A stretch of 63,444 nucleotides of DNA, counting the filler. It is 5 parts of 5 records of this genome, joined end to end, with 100 filler letters (N's around TTAATTAATTAA, not from the genome) between each part and the next. Parts side by side here need not be neighbours in the genome. Positions count along the whole stretch, not along the records: positions 46,077 to 63,444 come from SRR2962707_4889; 4 more parts are not named here. One strand, 5' to 3'. This document shows, in pieces, positions 59,811-63,444 of the stretch. Under the pieces are notes generated by a model. That model searched no databases, had not been told where the DNA came from, and saw nothing but the letters and a program-made list of their open reading frames with translations. Each line of letters opens with the position of its first letter. Position 1 is the first letter of the stretch. The position numbers and the translations under genes were made by a program.

Positions 59811-60570
59811 TTAGCAATTCCTCATCAGCCGCGCGGGCTTCGTCACGCATCATATCCCACAGGTGTTTCTGGATCTTCTCCAGCTCAGGATTGCCGTGGC
59901 TGCGCTCTTCAAGCGGCATATCAATCTCAACTACTTCGTGAATTTCACCGGGGCGACGCGAAAGCACGGCGATGCGGTGGCCCAGACGTACGGCCTCGGC
60001 CAGATTGTGGGTCACATATGCGGCGGTAAAGGGCTGGCGGGTCCACAAGGCCACAAGATCATCCATCAGCAATTCGCGAGTCTGGCTATCAAGGGCGGAC
60101 AGCGGTTCGTCCATCAACATCACGGCGGGTTTGACGGCCAGTGCGCGGGCAATGGCCACGCGTTGTTTCATGCCGCCGGACAATTGACGCGGCAAAGCAT
60201 TGCTGAAATCGCTTAGCTTGGTGCGTGCCAGAACGTCAGAGATGATCGCGTCGGCAGCGGCCCCTTTGATGCCGTGATCCTCAAGCACGAGGGAAATGTT
60301 CCCGTGCACGGTGCGCCAAGGCAGCAGAGCGAAATCCTGAAACACATAGGTAAGCGGGTTCAGGCATCCCGTGGGCGGGGTGCCAAGTTGCAGGACACGA
60401 CCTTTTGTCGCGCGTTCCAGCCCGCCGATCAGGCGCAGCAGGGTCGATTTGCCACAGCCAGAAGGCCCGACAAAACAGACGATCTTGCCGGTCGGAATAT
60501 CCAGCGAGATGTCGCGTAATACCTCTGTGCCGCCATAAGAGTGGCTGATCGCATCCATGCGAATGTCCAT
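59803..60570 (-). CDS. NitT/TauT-type ABC ATPase
   Basis: GPSGCGKST, LLPWRTV, LSGGMKQR, MDEPLSALD. Confidence 0.94.
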   Translation of the reverse strand: MDIRMDAISHSYGGTEVLRDISLDIPTGKIVCFVGPSGCGKSTLLRLIGGLERATKGRVLQLGTPPTGCLNPLTYVFQDFALLPWRTVHGNISLVLEDHGIKGAAADAIISDVLARTKLSDFSNALPRQLSGGMKQRVAIARALAVKPAVMLMDEPLSALDSQTRELLMDDLVALWTRQPFTAAYVTHNLAEAVRLGHRIAVLSRRPGEIHEVVEIDMPLEERSHGNPELEKIQKHLWDMMRDEARAADEELLNV

Positions 60571-60592
60571 AAAATTGCCCTTAGAAATGGAG

Positions 60593-60621
60593 TGACTGGC
60601 CGCGCGATTGGCGGCCAGTCA
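60593..60621. terminator. 11-bp stem-loop after the binding-protein gene
   Basis: TGACTGGCCGC-N7-GCGGCCAGTCA; no long U-run, so probably an mRNA-stability or attenuation hairpin. Confidence 0.6.
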
Positions 60622-60632
60622 TAGGGTTTGCC

Positions 60633-61652
60633 TTAGGCTTCGAACGTCTCGACGTAGCTGGTGTCGACAAACGTATCGAGCGTGATATCACCGTCGATCA
60701 GTCCTTCGGACTGGAACCAGCTTAGCTGATCCTGAACCGATGCGATGTTCAGACGCGCGCCTTCGTTGATGCGCATGGTGCCGTTGATGATCGATGGCGC
60801 TGCTTTGGCCCGCTCGCGGTCGGTGTAGACGTATTTATGGATCAGATCGACCATCTCGTTCACGCCGTCCTCGCCACCGGATTTGTCGATCATGGTAGAA
60901 TTATAATCAGACGCGCCCTTGCTGAACGCCTTGAGGAAATCCGACGTCTGCTGGCGTTCGTCATTGGCGTTTTTCGCTGATGTGAACACGGTCGTGACCT
61001 GATAGTTCGGCAGATAATCAGAGATGTTGCCGATGATATGCACCGCGCCGGACCCCGCCAGCGGCTTTGCGATATGGGGCACGATGGACCACGCATCAAT
61101 CTGGCCCGATTTCAGCGCGCCAATGATGGCACCCACTTTTTGCAGCGGCGTAAAGGACACATCGACACCTTCAGCTTGCGCGACTTTCGACCCCATATAG
61201 TGGAACGAGGATCCGGCTGTTGAGATGCCGAATTTCTTGCCGCCAAGGCCCGCAGGCGATGTCAGCCCGGCTTGGAAAGCGGCGTCCGAGGCGAGGATCT
61301 TTTGACCGTCGATACCCGGCTCTTCGCTAAGTGCGCCGCCGATAACCTTGATCGCGCCCTTGTCCGCCAACGAGATCAAACCACCCGAGATCGCCGTCAC
61401 AGCGTAATCCACATCACCCGATGCAATCGCGACCGCCATCGGTTGCGCCGCTTGGAAAAAGCGCAGCTCGACGTCAAGGCCGGCATCGGCGAAATAGGCG
61501 CGTTCGGCGGCGATGAAGCTCGCTGAATGTGATGTGAAGCGCAACGCGCCCACCACGACCTTTTTGTTTTGCGAAAGTGCTGGTGCTGCGAGGCCTGATG
61601 CCGCCGCGGCGCCGATCAGACCCATTGTCTGACGTCTGTTGAAAGTGACCAT
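60633..61652 (-). CDS. NitT/TauT-type ABC substrate-binding protein with Tat-like signal
   Basis: MVTFNRRQ..APALSQ; GGAGG RBS; YFADAGLDVEL, LKSGQIDA. Confidence 0.9.
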   Translation of the reverse strand: MVTFNRRQTMGLIGAAAASGLAAPALSQNKKVVVGALRFTSHSASFIAAERAYFADAGLDVELRFFQAAQPMAVAIASGDVDYAVTAISGGLISLADKGAIKVIGGALSEEPGIDGQKILASDAAFQAGLTSPAGLGGKKFGISTAGSSFHYMGSKVAQAEGVDVSFTPLQKVGAIIGALKSGQIDAWSIVPHIAKPLAGSGAVHIIGNISDYLPNYQVTTVFTSAKNANDERQQTSDFLKAFSKGASDYNSTMIDKSGGEDGVNEMVDLIHKYVYTDRERAKAAPSIINGTMRINEGARLNIASVQDQLSWFQSEGLIDGDITLDTFVDTSYVETFEA

Positions 61653-61686
61653 TGTTTCCTCCCTAAATGATCTGCTTCGTTTGTTT

Positions 61687-62364
61687 TTAAGTGCCCAAGT
61701 CGGCTCCAATTTCGTCTTGCAGAATCTGCAAAGCGCGCTGCTCCTCGCGCGCGATGACAGCGGTTTGTAGCAATGCCCGACGTGATGCGCGGGCGGCAAA
61801 GTCGATGCGCCCCTCGCGCAACAGCGCCAAGCGAAAGCGACGGGATTGGCCATAAAACTGCGCGGCCATATCCGTTAGTCTGGGTGACCCGCTGGCCGAA
61901 ATCAGCGCCATGCTCAGATCGCGGCACGCCTCGTCCCACTCCAAGGCGGTAACGTCATCGGGATTATCCTGCACGACCGTGTCGGCGCGGCTAACGGCAT
62001 GCAGTGCGGCAATCACACGGCCTTCCCAAGCCACATCGCCACGCTCAAGCGACCGTTTCAGGCCAAGCTTTTCAATCTCGAGCCGGACCAGTAAAATATC
62101 ACGCAGGTCGTCCTCGGTTGCGGAGGTCACGCGGAACCCGCGTTGGCTGACCGCCTCGACCACCCCTTCGGAGGATAGAATCCGCAACGTCTCGCGCATT
62201 GAATGGTTCGACCCGCCATAAGACTGGCGCAAATCCGCGAGCTTTAGTTTCTGATCGGGGTGCAAAACGCCAAAAGATATGTCGCGCCGGATCGCCGAGG
62301 CGAGCATTTCCACAACTGTATCGTCTTCCGATTTACGACCGCCAAAAAGCACTTTGCCCACCAT
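61687..62364 (-). CDS. GntR (FCD) transcriptional regulator
   Basis: IRRDISFGVLHPDQKLK, MRETLRILSSEG..QRGFRV. Confidence 0.9.
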   Translation of the reverse strand: MVGKVLFGGRKSEDDTVVEMLASAIRRDISFGVLHPDQKLKLADLRQSYGGSNHSMRETLRILSSEGVVEAVSQRGFRVTSATEDDLRDILLVRLEIEKLGLKRSLERGDVAWEGRVIAALHAVSRADTVVQDNPDDVTALEWDEACRDLSMALISASGSPRLTDMAAQFYGQSRRFRLALLREGRIDFAARASRRALLQTAVIAREEQRALQILQDEIGADLGT

Positions 62365-62435
62365 TCTAAAAAATGTTGGATATTATTGGGAATATTTACC
62401 ACAATGAGTCAAGACAGTTTTTGGAAAGGCCCAAG

Positions 62436-63215
62436 ATGCGCATCACAGGAAAGACCCGGATTTTCCCGATCATCGGTAGCCCCGTTTCAACCGTTTTTTC
62501 ACCGCCTGCGTTCAACATCGCGTTTCTGGAAAGGGGTTTGGACATTGTGATGGTTCCCATGGAAATCCCGGCCAAACAGGTGAACGGGTTTTGGGAACTG
62601 CTGCGCGGCAGTGCCAATATGATCGGGTGCTCTGTCACCTACCCGCATAAACAGGCGGCTTTTGCGGCGATGGATGCCTGTACCCCGCGTGCTGCGCGGT
62701 TGGGGGCTGTGAACACGGTGCGCTGCGAAAACGGACAGCTGATCGGCGATGCGACAGACGGTTTGGCAATGTGCGCGGCCATCGATCTGACCGCCACGCC
62801 GATCAAGCATGGTGTCGCACATGTTCTGGGGGCGGGCGGCGGCGCGGGTATCGCGATCGTCGATGCGCTATGCGAGCGTGGCATCTCCGAACTGGTCCTT
62901 GGCGAAACCGACCAATTTCGCGCCCAGTCCGTCAGGGACCTGTTGGCGCAATTCTGGCCCGATGTGACCGTGTCAACATCCGCGAAACCCTCGGCAATCC
63001 TGATCAACTCGACCACACTTGGTAAATCGTCGGGTGATGCCATGCCGTTCGGCGCAGAAATGATCCGAACCGCCGTGCTGGTTTGTGACGCCGTGACGCG
63101 CGACACCCCCACTGCACTGTGCGCGACCGCAAATGCCCACAACAAACCGACGGTGTCCGGTGATCAGATGGGGCAATGCCAGATAGACGTCCAGCTGGAG
63201 TTCGTGACGGGGTAA
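62436..63215 (+). CDS. Shikimate-dehydrogenase-like (AroE paralogue)
   Basis: IGSPV..SP, SVTYPHKQ, GAVNT, GDATDG, LGAGGGAG. Confidence 0.8.
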   Translation: MRITGKTRIFPIIGSPVSTVFSPPAFNIAFLERGLDIVMVPMEIPAKQVNGFWELLRGSANMIGCSVTYPHKQAAFAAMDACTPRAARLGAVNTVRCENGQLIGDATDGLAMCAAIDLTATPIKHGVAHVLGAGGGAGIAIVDALCERGISELVLGETDQFRAQSVRDLLAQFWPDVTVSTSAKPSAILINSTTLGKSSGDAMPFGAEMIRTAVLVCDAVTRDTPTALCATANAHNKPTVSGDQMGQCQIDVQLEFVTG

Positions 63216-63221
63216 CGGTTG

Positions 63222-63444
63222 TTAGGCCGTTGGCCCATACAAGTCGGCTGCGCGCTTTTCAAAGGCGCGGACGACGCGCTGCATGGCCTCGTTAAACACA
63301 ACGCCGATGATCTTTTGCAGCACCAGATTTTTGAATTCGAAATCGACAAAGAAATGTACTTTGCACGCACCCTGCCCTGCATCCTCGAAATGCCAGTTGG
63401 ATTTCATGAACTTGAACGGCCCGTCCAGATATTCGGTGTCGATC
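63222..63444 (-). CDS. ratA: RatA/Coq10-like START (SRPBCC) protein, 5'-truncated
   Basis: EYLDGPFKFMKSNWHF..VDFEFKN..AFEKRA. Confidence 0.88.
   Translation of the reverse strand, partial: IDTEYLDGPFKFMKSNWHFEDAGQGACKVHFFVDFEFKNLVLQKIIGVVFNEAMQRVVRAFEKRAADLYGPTA

Noticed and set aside
63222-63444. Toxin-antitoxin system
   Set aside because: The RatA/Coq10-like START protein is a conserved housekeeping gene at this locus, and no antitoxin is visible.
1-63444. CRISPR array, tRNA/rRNA, integrase or prophage
   Set aside because: I saw no regularly spaced repeats, cloverleaf or rRNA signatures, or recombinase or phage genes. This was a by-eye check only.

Overview
This window is not one locus. 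It contains five unrelated contigs joined by 100-nt artificial linkers (N44-TTAATTAATTAA-N44), so gene neighbourhoods must not be read across the joins. (1) 1-10654 is eukaryotic (protist, probably stramenopile-like). It holds one gene with about 29 introns that encodes an estimated ~2,150-aa membrane protein with NHL repeats, an LCCL domain and many EGF-like repeats. Two consecutive introns are GC-AG. (2) 10755-18694 is Hyphomicrobiales-like: gyrA, then an accessory block (APH/AAA kinase, YafY/WYL regulator plus VOC protein, transglutaminase, several small proteins, DUF1488), then coaD and two cyclophilins. (3) 18795-25691 is alphaproteobacterial: glpK-glpD, AEC transporter, small outer-membrane barrel, methyltransferase, transglutaminase and alpha-E protein. 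(4) 25792-45976 is Rhodospirillales-like: soeABC sulfite dehydrogenase preceded by a coupled 58-aa ORF and divergent from a CysL/YeiE-like LysR gene, then ctpA, DHH protein, ctaA, cobA, a low-GC nuclease-like orphan, a TipN/GPR-like scaffold, a GT4-TPR-TagF fusion, SDR and SRAP. (5) 46077-63444 is Roseobacter-like: trkA, ntrXY, ntrBC, dusB, ispDF, pgpA, cinA, amt, an uncharacterised GntR/ABC/FAD-oxidoreductase/AroE-like cluster, and ratA. The best leads for something undescribed are the small YMRGxGP ORF with a perfect palindrome and LysR gene at soeABC, the orphan catabolic ABC cluster, and the NHL-LCCL-EGF receptor-like protein. All calls come from reading motifs by eye; no searches were run.
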